Source of the DNA: Deltaproteobacteria bacterium
GTDB lineage: Bacteria > Desulfobacterota > BSN033 > UBA1163
Length of the DNA stretch: 64,000 bases
Direction of reading: 5' to 3'
NCBI GenBank assembly: GCA_020059605.1
Contig: JAGVBT010000120.1
Coordinates: forward strand, 1,582-65,581
In this document: positions 27,989 to 41,756 of the stretch, one piece after another
Layout of the letters: each line of letters begins with the position of its first letter
How positions within the stretch are numbered: the first letter of the stretch is position 1
The notes under the pieces: model-generated
The model's database searches: none
The model's input: only the letters and a program-made list of their open reading frames with translations
Told to the model about the DNA's origin: nothing
Made by a program: the position numbers and the translations under genes

Positions 27989-29050
27989 CACATCTCCTAT
28001 CATTTTGTAAACCTCTTTTAACAACACGGCAGCCAAATCTACTTCCTTCAACTTCCTAACGATCTCTCCTTTTTTAAAAAGGAGTCCAACCCTTTTCCCC
28101 CCGGCAATCCCGATGTCCGCCTCCTTCGCCTCGCCCGGACCATTGACCACGCATCCCATGATGGCGACGGTCATGGGAATGGCAACCTTCCGGACCCCTT
28201 TTTCCACCTTCTCCACTAGACCGCCCAGGTCGATTTCGCAGCGGCCGCAGGTTGGGCAGGAGATGATTTCAACTCCCCTCTCCCGGATCTTTAAAGCCCT
28301 CAAGATCTCATAACCCGCACGGACCTCATCCAGCGGATCTCCGGTTAAAGAGACACGGATCGTGTCCCCGATCCCCTCGCTGAGAAGGAGTCCGATTCCG
28401 ATGGCCGATTTGACCACTGCCCCCGAGCCCTTTCCGGCCTCCGTGATTCCGACATGAAGGGGATAGTCCGATTTCTTTGAAAAGAGACGGTAGGCTTCCA
28501 CCGTCCTCAAAACGTCGGATGCCTTCAAAGACACCTTGATGAGATGAAAACCGAGGTCCTCCATGGATTCAGTGGCTCGCAGTCCGCTCAATACCATGGC
28601 CCCGGGGGTCGGCCCCCCGAAATCTTTAAGGAGATCTTTCTCCAGCGAACCGGCATTGACTCCGATGCGGATCGGAACGGAGCGGCTCTTTGCCTCGCTC
28701 ACAATCGCCTTGAGGCAGTCTCTTCCGCCGATATTCCCCGGATTGATGCGAAGCCCGTCCGCCCCATGTGCCATCGCCATCAGGGCCAGCCGGTAGTTGA
28801 AATGAATATCCTCAATCAGGGGAATCTTGATCCTGCTCTTAATTTGGGCGATGGCACGCGCCGCCTCCTCATCCGGGACAGCCACCCGTACGATTTCACA
28901 ACCCGCCCGTTCAAGACGCCGGATCTGGGCAACTGTTTTTCGAACATCTCGTGTATCGGTCTTGGTCATCGACTGGACGGAGACGGGCGCATCCCCTCCA
29001 ATTTGAACGGGACCAACCGATATCTGACGGGTCTTTCGGCGTTGAATCAT
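27986..29050 (-). CDS. ispG: 4-hydroxy-3-methylbut-2-en-1-yl diphosphate synthase (flavodoxin)
   Basis: MIQRRKTRQISVGPVQIGGDAPVSVQSMTKT...; C-terminal 4Fe-4S Cys triad (CPTCGRC). Confidence 0.95.
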   Translation of the reverse strand: MIQRRKTRQISVGPVQIGGDAPVSVQSMTKTDTRDVRKTVAQIRRLERAGCEIVRVAVPDEEAARAIAQIKSRIKIPLIEDIHFNYRLALMAMAHGADGLRINPGNIGGRDCLKAIVSEAKSRSVPIRIGVNAGSLEKDLLKDFGGPTPGAMVLSGLRATESMEDLGFHLIKVSLKASDVLRTVEAYRLFSKKSDYPLHVGITEAGKGSGAVVKSAIGIGLLLSEGIGDTIRVSLTGDPLDEVRAGYEILRALKIRERGVEIISCPTCGRCEIDLGGLVEKVEKGVRKVAIPMTVAIMGCVVNGPGEAKEADIGIAGGKRVGLLFKKGEIVRKLKEVDLAAVLLKEVYKMIGDV

Positions 29051-29107
29051 AAGATGAACCAGGGGGAAAGGGTTCGAGGATTTTAGGATTCGAGTGTAAA
29101 TTCAAAA

Positions 29108-29175
29108 AAGAATTTGTCTTGAACGGGTTTACACCTCGACCCCTTGAACCCTGGACCCCTGGATTCCTTTCTTGC
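29108..29175. repeat. TTCAAGG/CCTTGAA-family (E) repeat
   Basis: gggtttacacctcgaccccttgaaccctggacccctggattcc; overlaps the RND pump 3' end and encodes its last 11 aa. Confidence 0.55.
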
Positions 29176-32100
29176 GGCTTCTCCGCTCCTCCACGATAAA
29201 ATAGATCGTTGGGATGAAGACCAGCGTGAGGAACATGGAGACGATGAGGCCCCCGATCACGGCAATCGCCAGGGACGTGTAGGCTTCAGCCCCTTCACCC
29301 AACCCGAGGGCCATGGGCATCAGTCCTAAGATGGTTGTAAATGAGGTCATCAGAATAGGCCTGAGCCGGACCCTGCCCCCGCGGATGATAGCCTCCCTTA
29401 ACGGAACCCCCTCCACGTTCCGGAGCCGGTTGATGAAATCCACCAGAATGATGGCATTGTTCACCACGATCCCGACCATCATGATGATTCCGATGAAAGA
29501 GACCATGTTCAATGTATTTCCGGTGACAAAGAGAGCCCAGAGGACACCGATGAGTCCCAACGGGACGGAGAACATAACCAAAAACGGGTGGAGCAGGGAG
29601 GCAAATTGGGAGGCCAAAACCATGTAGACCAGAAAGATGGCGAGCCCGACCGAGAAGAGAAGCGTTTGAAACGCCTCTTTCTGTTCCAGGCGCGCTCCTT
29701 TCAAGAGGACAGAGAACCCCTCCGGAACATCCATCCTGGATATCTTCTTTTCAATTTCAGAGGCAATCGAACCGAGATCCCTTCCGCTCGTATTGGCCGT
29801 CACATGGACGATTCTCTGCTGGTATTTTCGCTCCAGTTGAACGGGTGATGTCGTTCTAACGACTTCCGCCACATTCTCCAGCGGCACCACTTTCCCATCG
29901 AGAGCCGGAAGAGGCAACCGGGCCAGGTCCTCAGGCCTTCTCCTGTCTTCTTCGCGGAGCCGAACTCTCACATAATGTTCACGGCCCGTCATGGGATCGA
30001 CATAGATGGCCGCTTCCATCCCCTCGATCGCCCCTCTGACGATCTCTCCCACCCGTGACGTCGTTAATCCCAGGGCAGCCAAGCGGTCCTGACGGAGTTG
30101 GACCTGGTATTCCGGCAACCCTTCCTCGCGACTGATCTGAATATCGGTCACCCCTCCGACCTCCCTGAGGATGCCCTCAACCTCCCTCGCCAGGCGACTT
30201 CCCGTGGCCAGGTCGTATCCGAGGATTTCCACATCGATCGGTTCATCCGCTCCGAATGTGATCACCCTCGAGATGATGCCCCCCGGGAAGACGGTAATCT
30301 TTGAACCAGGAATATGGTTGACCCTCTCCCTGAGCCTCCGGGCAATCGTCTCGGCTGACCTTTTCCTTTCCGATTGATCGACAAGCATCAGAGAAGCCAT
30401 CCCGGTATGGGGGCCGGCAAACCTTCCGCCGAAGATGACGGATCTTCCTCTCCCCGATCCAGCTCTGGCCCAGAGCGACTTCAATTCAGGAACTTCGTCA
30501 AAAACAATCTCCTCCACCTGGTCCATCACTCGCTTCGTCTCCTCCAGAGAAGAGCCTACGGGGAGCCGGATCGACATCCTCACCTGTCCTTCATCCGAAG
30601 GAGGGAAAAGTTCCGTACCCATGAGGGGAATGAGAAGGAGCGTTCCCAAAAAAACGGCCACCACGCCTGTCACGACAAGCTTCCGGTGGGACAGGGCAAA
30701 ATCGAGGGTGTGGTGGTATCGTTGATCCATCCAAACGAATAATGGGTAAGCCTTCTGAAGGATTCTCTGGACCCGGGAAGGTTTTGCTGTCAACCGGGTG
30801 GGGCGGAGGAATTTGTTGGTCAGAATGGGTACCAGGGTCAGCGAAACAAAAAGGGAGGCCAGGAGTGAGAAAGCGACGGTATAAGCCAGCTGGATAAATA
30901 AAATGGGCGCAATCCCGGTCACGAAAGCCAGTGGAAGGAAGACGATGATGCTGGTCAGCGACGCCGCAATCACCGGTTTGCTCACCTCGGTGGTTCCTTG
31001 ATACGAAGCCTCCTCGGGGGGCTCCCCCGACTCCATATGCCGGTTGATGTTTTCGAGCACGACGATGGCGTCATCGACGAGACGGCCCACTCCGAGAGCC
31101 AGCCCTCCGAGCGTCATGATGTTAAGAGTGAATTTTCCGAAGTGGAGGAGCACGAAAGTGGCGATGATGGAGACGGGAATGGCGTGGGCAATGATGAGCG
31201 TGCTGGTCACATTTCTCAAAAAGAGGAGAATGATCGCAACCGCGAGGAGGGCCCCCATCATGGCCTCCTTTTGAAGGTTCTTGATCGATTTGCGGATAAA
31301 GGTCGACTGGTCGGAGACCACCTCGATGGAAACTCCCGGCGGAAGTTCCTTCCGAATCTGAGTCAGGGCTTTCAACGTATGGTCCACCACGGAGACGGTA
31401 TTGCCTCCGATCTGCTTCTGGACTCCGATGACAATCCCCCTGACCCGGTTCACATTCACTTCTGTCTGAGTATCTTCATATCCGTCTTTAATCCTTCCAA
31501 TATCCTTTAGACGAATGGAGACTCCGTTCTGGCGGTGAACCACGATTTCTTCGAGGTCGCTGACCTCCGGAGTCCGGCCAAGCGTCCGGATACTGAACTC
31601 CTGTTTTTCTGTCCGGAGGCTTCCCCCGGGTTTGTCCATGTGGGCGGCCCTCACGGCCTGGGCCACCCTATCCAAGGAAAGATTCATCCTCTCTAATTTG
31701 GACCGTTCCAGCTCCACCTGGATTTCCCTCGTCAAGCCACCGAAGACATTGGCGGAGGCAACTCCTTTCAAGCTCTCCAGTCTCGGGGCGACGAAGTCCT
31801 CCGCCAGTTCTCGAAGACGAAACTCATCCATGGGGCCGGTGATGGAAAGGACGATCACGGAGATCTGCGAGGGATCGAACTTGATGATGACAGGCAATCT
31901 CGCTTCATCGGGAAAAAGGTCCTGGATCTGGCTTACACTTTGCTGGATATCGAACGAGGCGACATCGAGATTGGTTCCCCAATAAAACTCAACGGTGACA
32001 ATAGAAACGCCCTCCCGGGAACGGGAGGAAACATGGCGGACGTTTTGAATTCGACTCAACCGCTTTTCGATCGGTCGTGTGATCGTCATTTCCACGTCCT

Positions 32101-32269
32101 GCGGACTGGCTCCGGAGTATTCGGTGACGACGGAGGCGATCGGATAGGTGATTTCGGGAAAGAGGTCGATGGCGAGGCTTGAAAAAGCGATGATCCCGAG
32201 CAGGATGATCCCGATGGCCACCATAAAGCGCGACACCGGGTTCTTCAGGGAACCGCGGATGATATCCAT
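29129..32269 (-). CDS. RND-family efflux transporter, inner-membrane permease (AcrB/HAE1-like)
   Basis: 1046 aa, 12-TM RND architecture with two large periplasmic loops. Confidence 0.9.
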   Translation of the reverse strand: MDIIRGSLKNPVSRFMVAIGIILLGIIAFSSLAIDLFPEITYPIASVVTEYSGASPQDVEMTITRPIEKRLSRIQNVRHVSSRSREGVSIVTVEFYWGTNLDVASFDIQQSVSQIQDLFPDEARLPVIIKFDPSQISVIVLSITGPMDEFRLRELAEDFVAPRLESLKGVASANVFGGLTREIQVELERSKLERMNLSLDRVAQAVRAAHMDKPGGSLRTEKQEFSIRTLGRTPEVSDLEEIVVHRQNGVSIRLKDIGRIKDGYEDTQTEVNVNRVRGIVIGVQKQIGGNTVSVVDHTLKALTQIRKELPPGVSIEVVSDQSTFIRKSIKNLQKEAMMGALLAVAIILLFLRNVTSTLIIAHAIPVSIIATFVLLHFGKFTLNIMTLGGLALGVGRLVDDAIVVLENINRHMESGEPPEEASYQGTTEVSKPVIAASLTSIIVFLPLAFVTGIAPILFIQLAYTVAFSLLASLFVSLTLVPILTNKFLRPTRLTAKPSRVQRILQKAYPLFVWMDQRYHHTLDFALSHRKLVVTGVVAVFLGTLLLIPLMGTELFPPSDEGQVRMSIRLPVGSSLEETKRVMDQVEEIVFDEVPELKSLWARAGSGRGRSVIFGGRFAGPHTGMASLMLVDQSERKRSAETIARRLRERVNHIPGSKITVFPGGIISRVITFGADEPIDVEILGYDLATGSRLAREVEGILREVGGVTDIQISREEGLPEYQVQLRQDRLAALGLTTSRVGEIVRGAIEGMEAAIYVDPMTGREHYVRVRLREEDRRRPEDLARLPLPALDGKVVPLENVAEVVRTTSPVQLERKYQQRIVHVTANTSGRDLGSIASEIEKKISRMDVPEGFSVLLKGARLEQKEAFQTLLFSVGLAIFLVYMVLASQFASLLHPFLVMFSVPLGLIGVLWALFVTGNTLNMVSFIGIIMMVGIVVNNAIILVDFINRLRNVEGVPLREAIIRGGRVRLRPILMTSFTTILGLMPMALGLGEGAEAYTSLAIAVIGGLIVSMFLTLVFIPTIYFIVEERRSRKKGIQGSRVQGVEV

Positions 32270-32274
32270 GAATC

Positions 32275-34952
<2,678 letters not shown>

Positions 34953-34961
34953 ATCACTTCT

Positions 34962-36125
34962 TTACAGTCCAGCCGCTTTTCTTAATTCCTCGGCCCGGTG
35001 GGTATTCTCCCATGTGAACCCGGGTTCGTTCCGTCCAAAATGGCCATAACAGGCGGTTTGTTTGTAAACCGGCTTGAGAAGATCAAGATATTCGATGATC
35101 GCCTTTGGCCTCAGGTCGAAATGCTCCCGGATGAGTTTCGCAATCCGGTCTGGAGGAATCTTTGCGGTCCTTGAGGTGTCAATCATGACGGAGACCGGCT
35201 CTGCCATTCCGATCGTGTAGGCAATCTGAACCTCGCATTTTTCGGCCAATCCTCCCGCAACGATATTTTTGGCCACGTGCCTGGCCATATAGGAGGCGCC
35301 CCGGTCCATCTTCGTTGGATCTTTCCCTGAGAAACAACCGCCTCCGTGGCTCCCCACGCCTCCGTAAGTATCGACGATGATCTTTCTGCCGGTCAGACCA
35401 CAGTCCGCCTTGGGACCTCCGTGGACGAACCGTCCCGTGGTGTTGATATAACACTTCGTGTTCTTATCCCGGAGATCGGGAGGAATAACCTTGAAGACCA
35501 CTTCTTCCAGGATTCCATCTTTCAGGGTCTCATAGGCCACCTTGTCCGAATGCTGGGCGGCGATGACCACGGAGTCCACCCGGACCGGTTTGCCGTTGAT
35601 GTACTGGATGGTCACCTGAGATTTTCCATCCGGTCTTAAAAAATCGAGGACTTTCTTCTTTCTGACTTCTGCCAACCTCCGGGTCAGCCGGTGGGCATAG
35701 ACGATAGGCATGGGCATCCGCTCCGGCGTCTCGTCACAGGCATAGCCGAACATCAATCCCTGATCGCCGGCTCCCTGTTCATGGCCCTTTGTCTCCTCGA
35801 CCCCCATGCTGATGTCGGGGGACTGTTCATCGATCGAAGTGAGAACAGCACAGGTCTCCCAGTCAAACCCCATGGCGGAATCATTATATCCGATCTCTTT
35901 GATCGTTTCGCGAACGATGGCGGGCATATTCACATAGCAGGAGGTCGAAATTTCGCCTGCAATGATGGCCATCCCCGTTGTTACCATTGTCTCGCACGCC
36001 ACCCGGGCTTGTCGGTCCTCTGCGATAATGGCATCCAGAATAGCATCTGAGATTTGATCCGCCACTTTGTCCGGATGCCCTTCGGTGACGGATTCGGAAG
36101 TAAATAAGAAATCGGTCATGGACAT
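34962..36125 (-). CDS. metK: S-adenosylmethionine synthetase
   Basis: [26 protein letters not shown]..., GGGAFSGKDP(T)KVDRS motif. Confidence 0.95.
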   Translation of the reverse strand: MSMTDFLFTSESVTEGHPDKVADQISDAILDAIIAEDRQARVACETMVTTGMAIIAGEISTSCYVNMPAIVRETIKEIGYNDSAMGFDWETCAVLTSIDEQSPDISMGVEETKGHEQGAGDQGLMFGYACDETPERMPMPIVYAHRLTRRLAEVRKKKVLDFLRPDGKSQVTIQYINGKPVRVDSVVIAAQHSDKVAYETLKDGILEEVVFKVIPPDLRDKNTKCYINTTGRFVHGGPKADCGLTGRKIIVDTYGGVGSHGGGCFSGKDPTKMDRGASYMARHVAKNIVAGGLAEKCEVQIAYTIGMAEPVSVMIDTSRTAKIPPDRIAKLIREHFDLRPKAIIEYLDLLKPVYKQTACYGHFGRNEPGFTWENTHRAEELRKAAGL

Positions 36126-36147
36126 ATCCTGTATCCTCCTTTATGGG

Positions 36148-37938
36148 TCATGTTTTCAACTCTTCTGCAAAATATTTCACGAAATCCTCTGAAAATCTTT
36201 CGGCCATCCATTGCCGGACATATCGTTTGATCTCCGTGCCCGTGGGGAAATCGAATAACTTTTCTGCAAGGATTCTCATCTCTTCTGCCGTCACCATGCG
36301 CAGAGCTTTCTTCACCTTCGGGATGGCGACCGGATTCATACTGAACTCCTCCAAACCCATACCCAATAAGACTAACACATAGGCTGGCTCTGCAGCCATC
36401 TCCCCGCAAATGGCCACCGGGACTCCCGCGTGTTGAGCAGCCTGAACCACTCCCCGGATAATCCTTAAAATGGCGGGGTGAAGCGGCTCATAGAGGTAGG
36501 AGACATGCTCATTGATCCGGTCGACCGCCAAGGCATACTGGATGAGATCATTCGTCCCGATACTGAAGAAATCCACTTCCGTGGCTAAAATATCGGCGGT
36601 GACCGAGGCCGAGGGGATTTCGATCATCGCCCCGATCTTGATCTTCCGGTCATAAGGAATCTTCGCCCGGGTTAATCCTTTTTTCACCTCTTCCATCAGG
36701 GTTTTTGCCCTTCGAATCTCCTCAACCCCGGAGATCATCGGAAAGAGAATTCTCAGTTCTCCGTAAACGCTGGCCCGCAGAATTCCGCTCAATTGGATTT
36801 TAAAAATATCGGTTTCCTGGATGCTGAACCGGATCGCCCTCAGCCCCATGGCGGGGTTCATCTCATTGCCCTTTGAATAACCGTCAAGGAACTTATCCCC
36901 TCCGATGTCCAGGGTTCGGATGGTGGCAATGCCGGGGGAGATGTTTTCCGCAAGCTTCCGGTAAATTTGATAGTGTTCCTCCTCGGTGGGAAGGTCCTTC
37001 CGGTTGAGATAGAGGATTTCCGTTCGGTAGAGCCCGATGCCTTCTGCCCCATGGGTCTGGGCGGAAGAAATCTCGTCGACCATTTCGATGTTGGCCTGAA
37101 GATGAATGCGAACTCCATCCTTTGTCTCCGCCGGCAGGGAGGCATACTTCAGGACCTCCCGTTCGAACGACTTGATCCGCTTTTTTCTCTCCACAAAGGA
37201 ATCGGAGACCTCTTCGGTCGGATTGATCACCACCTCTCCCGCTTCCCCGTCGATGATTAAAAGGTCCCCTCCATTGATGAGGGAGGTCGCCACCTCCAGC
37301 CCCACCACCGCGGGAATCCCCAGGGATCGGGAGAGGATGGCGGTATGGGACACTCTTCCCCCGATATCCGTGATAAAACCCGCCACCTGGTTCAATCGCA
37401 TCTGGAGGGTATCGGCAGGAGAAAGATCATGGGCCACCACAATCACTTTCCCTTTGATCTTGGTGATGTCATCATGTTTTTTCCCCATAAGGTTCCGGAA
37501 GATCCTTGATGCGACATAATGGAGATCGCTCCTCCGTTCTCTTAGATATTCATCCTCGATGGCTTTAAAGGCAGCATCCAGTTTTCCAAGGGTGAGATCA
37601 AGGGCCCATTCGGAATTGATCTTTTTCTTACGGATATTTTCTATCGTGTCCCGGATCAGCATCTCATCGTCCAGGATCATCATGTGGACATCGAGGATGA
37701 AAGCGTGAAGCCTCACTTCGGGATCCAGGATATTCTCTTTGATCTCCTTCAACTGCTCCCGGGCTTCCTCGATGGCCCTGCGAAACCGCTCCACCTCTTC
37801 ATCAACCTGCGATGGGCCAATCTTTTTCTGGTGAAGACGGACTTTGAATCGTTCCACCAGATAGGCTCTTCCGGTGATGATTCCCGGTGAAGCCCCGATC
37901 CCGTGGATAACTTTGTTGATCTGTTGCTGGATGGCCAT
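36148..37938 (-). CDS. ptsI: Phosphoenolpyruvate-protein phosphotransferase (PTS Enzyme I)
   Basis: 596 aa; active-site His region GGRVSHTAILSRSLGIPAVVG, PEP-utilising domain. Confidence 0.9.
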   Translation of the reverse strand: MAIQQQINKVIHGIGASPGIITGRAYLVERFKVRLHQKKIGPSQVDEEVERFRRAIEEAREQLKEIKENILDPEVRLHAFILDVHMMILDDEMLIRDTIENIRKKKINSEWALDLTLGKLDAAFKAIEDEYLRERRSDLHYVASRIFRNLMGKKHDDITKIKGKVIVVAHDLSPADTLQMRLNQVAGFITDIGGRVSHTAILSRSLGIPAVVGLEVATSLINGGDLLIIDGEAGEVVINPTEEVSDSFVERKKRIKSFEREVLKYASLPAETKDGVRIHLQANIEMVDEISSAQTHGAEGIGLYRTEILYLNRKDLPTEEEHYQIYRKLAENISPGIATIRTLDIGGDKFLDGYSKGNEMNPAMGLRAIRFSIQETDIFKIQLSGILRASVYGELRILFPMISGVEEIRRAKTLMEEVKKGLTRAKIPYDRKIKIGAMIEIPSASVTADILATEVDFFSIGTNDLIQYALAVDRINEHVSYLYEPLHPAILRIIRGVVQAAQHAGVPVAICGEMAAEPAYVLVLLGMGLEEFSMNPVAIPKVKKALRMVTAEEMRILAEKLFDFPTGTEIKRYVRQWMAERFSEDFVKYFAEELKT

Positions 37939-37940
37939 CC

Positions 37941-38228
37941 TTATTCCTCACCGAACTTATTTTCGATTAGTTTGCCAAGAATCTGAATTGCTTGGTTCGC
38001 ATCCTTCCCTTCCACCTTGAGCGTGATCCTCGAACCTTTGGTGGCGGCCAGCATCAGGATCCCCATGATCGACTTCCCATTCACTTCCAAGCCATCCTTC
38101 TCAAGGATCACCTCCGAAACAAACCGGTTGGCGTTTTTCACAAGGAGGGCCGCGGCCCTTGCATGAAGCCCCAGCTTATTCCTGATGGTGAACGACTGGA
38201 TCTCCGTCTCCTTGCTCATATCCGACAT
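37941..38228 (-). CDS. ptsH: Phosphocarrier protein HPr
   Basis: LGLHARAAALLV (His15 region) and KSIMGILML (Ser46 region). Confidence 0.9.
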   Translation of the reverse strand: MSDMSKETEIQSFTIRNKLGLHARAAALLVKNANRFVSEVILEKDGLEVNGKSIMGILMLAATKGSRITLKVEGKDANQAIQILGKLIENKFGEE

Positions 38229-38238
38229 GCCTGTGTCC

Positions 38239-38655
38239 TCACTTCTTCTCCACCCTCTTTTTTAGCACCTCGCTGGCCAGGTTAATATTCCTCTGGCCAT
38301 AATCGGTGATGAAGGCGGCCAGCGATTCAAGATCCCTATCGTTCTGGTAGGTGGCCAGCTTTAGCAACATCGGCAGATTGACCCCTGTGATCACTTCGAT
38401 CTTCTTCTCTTTTAAAAAAGAGAGGCTGATGTTCGACGGCGTCCCCCCGTACATATCCGTCAGGATCAATACCCCCTCTCCTGCGTCCACCTTGCGGATG
38501 GCGGCGATGATCTTCTCCCGGATTTCTTCCGAACCTGCCCTGGGATCGATCGATACGGATTGGAATTGCTTCAGATCCTCTCCCACCACCAATTGGGCCG
38601 CGGAGATCAATTCCTCTCCCAGACGGCAATGCGTCACCACGATGACTCCCACCAT
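38239..38655 (-). CDS. PTS EIIA component, mannose/fructose family
   Basis: MVGVIVVTHCRLGEEL... (His phosphorylation site); start moved to the internal ATG 6 nt after the rapZ stop; the longer track ORF is non-homologous. Confidence 0.8.
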   Translation of the reverse strand: MVGVIVVTHCRLGEELISAAQLVVGEDLKQFQSVSIDPRAGSEEIREKIIAAIRKVDAGEGVLILTDMYGGTPSNISLSFLKEKKIEVITGVNLPMLLKLATYQNDRDLESLAAFITDYGQRNINLASEVLKKRVEKK

Positions 38656-38660
38656 GTCCC

Positions 38661-39566
38661 TTACCCTTTCTCTGCGTCCCGGTGACGCAGGGACAGGAAG
38701 ACGCCCTCTCTCGCCATATCGTCCCTCAGCAGATCCCTCAACCGGTTGGCGATGACGATCGACCGGTGCCTTCCGCCCGTGCAACCTACTGCGATGGTTA
38801 AATGCGTTCTCCTCTCCCGGAGATAGAAGGGAAGGAGAAACCGGATGAATTCCCGGGTCCGATTTAGAAACTCTTCTGCTTCCTCCCACTGTAAAACATA
38901 TTCGGCCACTCTCGGATCATCTCCCTTTAACCGTTTCAGTTCCTCCACGAAATAGGGGTTGGGCAAAAAGCGAACATCGAACAAGAGGTCCGCTTCGTAG
39001 GGGACTCCGAAACTATATCCGAACGAAAGGAAGGTGACGGTCAGGCGACCTCCCGCCCCCTCCTGGACATACTGCTGGATCTTCTCTTTCAGCTCATGGA
39101 CATTGAACCCGGAAGTGTCGATGACCTCGTTGGCCATGTCCCTTATTCCGCCGAGCCGCTCCCTCTCGAGACGGATCCCTTCCAGAACGGACCCTCCGAT
39201 CGCCAGGGGATGCTGGCGCCGTGTCTCGCTGAAACGCCTCATCAAAATGGGATCGGACGAGTCTAAGAAGAGAATCTCGATCGGGTAGCCCTCTTTCCGG
39301 AGGTCTTCAATGATTTTCCTCGAATCTTCAAAGAAATCCGTCCCCGTCTCCGAGGCCGGATAGGAGGCCGCTCCCCGGATATCTTTCACCACGGCCACTC
39401 TGGAGACCTTGCCTCCGGATTGTTCGCAAAGTTCAAGGAACTTGGGCAAAAGAAGGATGGGCAGGTTGTCGACGCAGTAAAAGCCGATATCCTCTAAGGC
39501 CTTGATGGCTGTCGTTTTCCCCGATCCGGAAAGACCGCTGATGAGAATGATTCTGAGGTTTCTCAC
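38661..39566 (-). CDS. rapZ: RNase adapter protein RapZ (YhbJ, P-loop NTPase)
   Basis: ISGLSGSGKTTA Walker A; C-terminal GCTGGRHRS motif. Confidence 0.9.
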   Translation of the reverse strand: MRNLRIILISGLSGSGKTTAIKALEDIGFYCVDNLPILLLPKFLELCEQSGGKVSRVAVVKDIRGAASYPASETGTDFFEDSRKIIEDLRKEGYPIEILFLDSSDPILMRRFSETRRQHPLAIGGSVLEGIRLERERLGGIRDMANEVIDTSGFNVHELKEKIQQYVQEGAGGRLTVTFLSFGYSFGVPYEADLLFDVRFLPNPYFVEELKRLKGDDPRVAEYVLQWEEAEEFLNRTREFIRFLLPFYLRERRTHLTIAVGCTGGRHRSIVIANRLRDLLRDDMAREGVFLSLRHRDAEKG

Positions 39567-40558
39567 CCCGCCTTGCCCTCGCCTTCAAATTTATTTCCCC
39601 CTCTTTCTTCCATCTTGCGAATCAGTTTCTTCTCAAACTCCAGGGCTGAATCATATCCCATCACTTTAAGGAGGTGATTTCGGGCGGCCACTTCGATGAT
39701 GGTTGTTAAATTCCGGGCGGGAGTGACGGGGATCCTCAGCATCGGAAGCTCAATCTCCAGAATCGTGTATTTCTCCTCCTCAAATCCGAGGCGGTCGTAT
39801 TCCTGTTCCGTGTCCCATTCGACCAGTTCCATGACTAACTCGATCTTCTTCTGTTCCCGGATCGCCTCTACGCCGAAAAGGCTCCGGATGTTGATGATCC
39901 CGAGCCCCCGCACCTCCATGTGATGCCGAATAACCTCGAAGCCGCTCCCGATCAATACGTTGGGGGATCGTTTTTGAATGGAAACCATATCGTCCGCCAC
40001 CAGCCGGTGGCCCCGGAGGATGAGGTCCAGGGCGCATTCGCTCTTGCCGATGCCGCTCTTTCCGAGGATGAGCACACCAACCCCGAAAACATCCATGAGC
40101 ACACCGTGGAGGCTGTGCGTCGAGGCCAATTTTTCTTCCAGGAATTTCGAAATCCGCCCGATGAACTCGGTCGAGCTGAGACTGGTCCGGAAGAGGGGAA
40201 TCCCCTTTTCCTCCGCTTCCCGGAAGAGCATCTCAGGAATATCGAGGTTCCGGGTAATGACGAGGCAGGAGAGATCCAGGTCGCCAATCCGGCGGATGAC
40301 CTTGTCCTGCAGTTCGGGAGCAAGGCTCCTGAAGTAGGCCGCCTCCGAATTTCCAATGACCTGGAGCCGGTGGGGATTGGTAAAGTGTGTAAATCCTGCC
40401 ATGGCCAATCCCATCTTTTGAACCTGGGGATGGGTAATCTTCTTCTTCAGGCCCTTTCGTCCGGCCACCAGGGTCAGGCCGAGGTGGAATCCTTGGTCCT
40501 GCTCCAGGTCTTGAACCACGAGACTGTTCATGTTGAGCCTACCCATGCCAAACGCCAA
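39563..40558 (-). CDS. hprK: HPr kinase/phosphorylase
   Basis: GKSGIGKSECALDLILRGHRLVADD P-loop signature. Confidence 0.9.
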   Translation of the reverse strand: MAFGMGRLNMNSLVVQDLEQDQGFHLGLTLVAGRKGLKKKITHPQVQKMGLAMAGFTHFTNPHRLQVIGNSEAAYFRSLAPELQDKVIRRIGDLDLSCLVITRNLDIPEMLFREAEEKGIPLFRTSLSSTEFIGRISKFLEEKLASTHSLHGVLMDVFGVGVLILGKSGIGKSECALDLILRGHRLVADDMVSIQKRSPNVLIGSGFEVIRHHMEVRGLGIINIRSLFGVEAIREQKKIELVMELVEWDTEQEYDRLGFEEEKYTILEIELPMLRIPVTPARNLTTIIEVAARNHLLKVMGYDSALEFEKKLIRKMEERGGNKFEGEGKAG

Positions 40559-40672
40559 TCACGGAGTGTTTGAATTTAAGGTTGCGGTTCCGAAGCCCGT
40601 GTCGGTTAACGGCTATGGTTATAAAAAGGTTTACGGGCATCCTGACCGTTTCCTATGGACGTCACCTTTTTC

Positions 40673-41131
40673 CTAATACCTTTCATCCTCATCGGAGATG
40701 ATTCCGAAAATCTCCTTCCGGTTTTTGGCTTCCATCAACTTCTTCTTGAAGGATGGGTCTTTGAGCAGTTTCGCAATCCGCCCCAGAAGATTGAGATTCT
40801 CTACTCCGGAATTCTCCGGGGCCATCAGCAGGAAGAAGATTCGGCAGGGTTTCTTATCAATCGAATCGAAGTCCACCCCCCGGGTCGAACGTCCGAAGGA
40901 GATGAAGAAATGATTCAACTTCTTCAACCGGCCGTGAGGGATCGCTACCCCTTCCCCGATGCCCGTAGACCCCAGTTTCTCCCTATCGAGGAGGACGTGG
41001 ACCAATTCCTCGGAAGTCGCTCCGCAGGGGGTCACCAGGGTTTCGGATAACTCTTTCAGAACGGAGGGTTTATCGGTCCCCGCGAGATCCGGGATGATCC
41101 GCTCCTCGCTCAGAAAATCAAGAAGTTTCAT
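40673..41131 (-). CDS. ptsN: PTS IIA-like nitrogen regulatory protein (EIIA-Ntr)
   Basis: GIGEGVAIPHGR active-site His motif; downstream of rpoN-hpf. Confidence 0.85.
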   Translation of the reverse strand: MKLLDFLSEERIIPDLAGTDKPSVLKELSETLVTPCGATSEELVHVLLDREKLGSTGIGEGVAIPHGRLKKLNHFFISFGRSTRGVDFDSIDKKPCRIFFLLMAPENSGVENLNLLGRIAKLLKDPSFKKKLMEAKNRKEIFGIISDEDERY

Positions 41132-41207
41132 GGCTTCCTTTTCAACCTGTTAGAAATCCTCCCCCGCTCCTTAACCGCGGGGTTGGACGACGGGATCCAC
41201 GTCTTCC

Positions 41208-41756
41208 CTATTCGGGAAAGGGCTCCATCCATACATAACCCTCCTCTTTTCGATGAAGGGCATTCATCTCCCCGGAGTTCGAATTGATAAAAAAAAGGAA
41301 TTCCTCTTCCGAGAGTTCCATCTGGGCCATGGCCTCCTCGATCGACATGGGCTTGGCGGAGATCCGTTTTCTTTTCAGGGAGAAAGAGGGTTCCGCCTCA
41401 CCACTCTCATTCTCTCCGGACGGCGACTCTTCCCCGCGCGGGGCAACTCCGGAAGGAAGAGAGGTCCCCCTTTTTCGTTTCACCTTTTCGTGCCGCTCGC
41501 GGATTTGGCGGTCCATCTTGTCCACCATCTGATCGACGGCTGCAAAGAGGTCCCTGTCTCTCCCCTTGCTGTTGAGTGTCACACCATCTCCGATGATGGT
41601 GAGTTCCGCGGAATGACGGAATTTTTCGACCGAGAGCACGACGTGGACCTCTCTCGGGTTTTCGACGAATTTTTTCAACCTTCGGATTTTTCCTTTGACA
41701 TAATCCTTCACTCCTTCATTGGCTTCCATGCGTCGGAATGTCACAGCAATCTGCAT
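41208..41756 (-). CDS. hpf: Ribosome hibernation promoting factor (long HPF, sigma-54 modulation protein family)
   Basis: MQIAVTFRRME...; C-terminal extension of long HPF. Confidence 0.85.
   Translation of the reverse strand: MQIAVTFRRMEANEGVKDYVKGKIRRLKKFVENPREVHVVLSVEKFRHSAELTIIGDGVTLNSKGRDRDLFAAVDQMVDKMDRQIRERHEKVKRKRGTSLPSGVAPRGEESPSGENESGEAEPSFSLKRKRISAKPMSIEEAMAQMELSEEEFLFFINSNSGEMNALHRKEEGYVWMEPFPE

Noticed and set aside
39920-40573. 217-aa plus-strand ORF and 134-aa minus ORF 39952-40356
   Set aside because: They overlap hprK in other frames. Their Arg/Pro-rich translations are artefacts.
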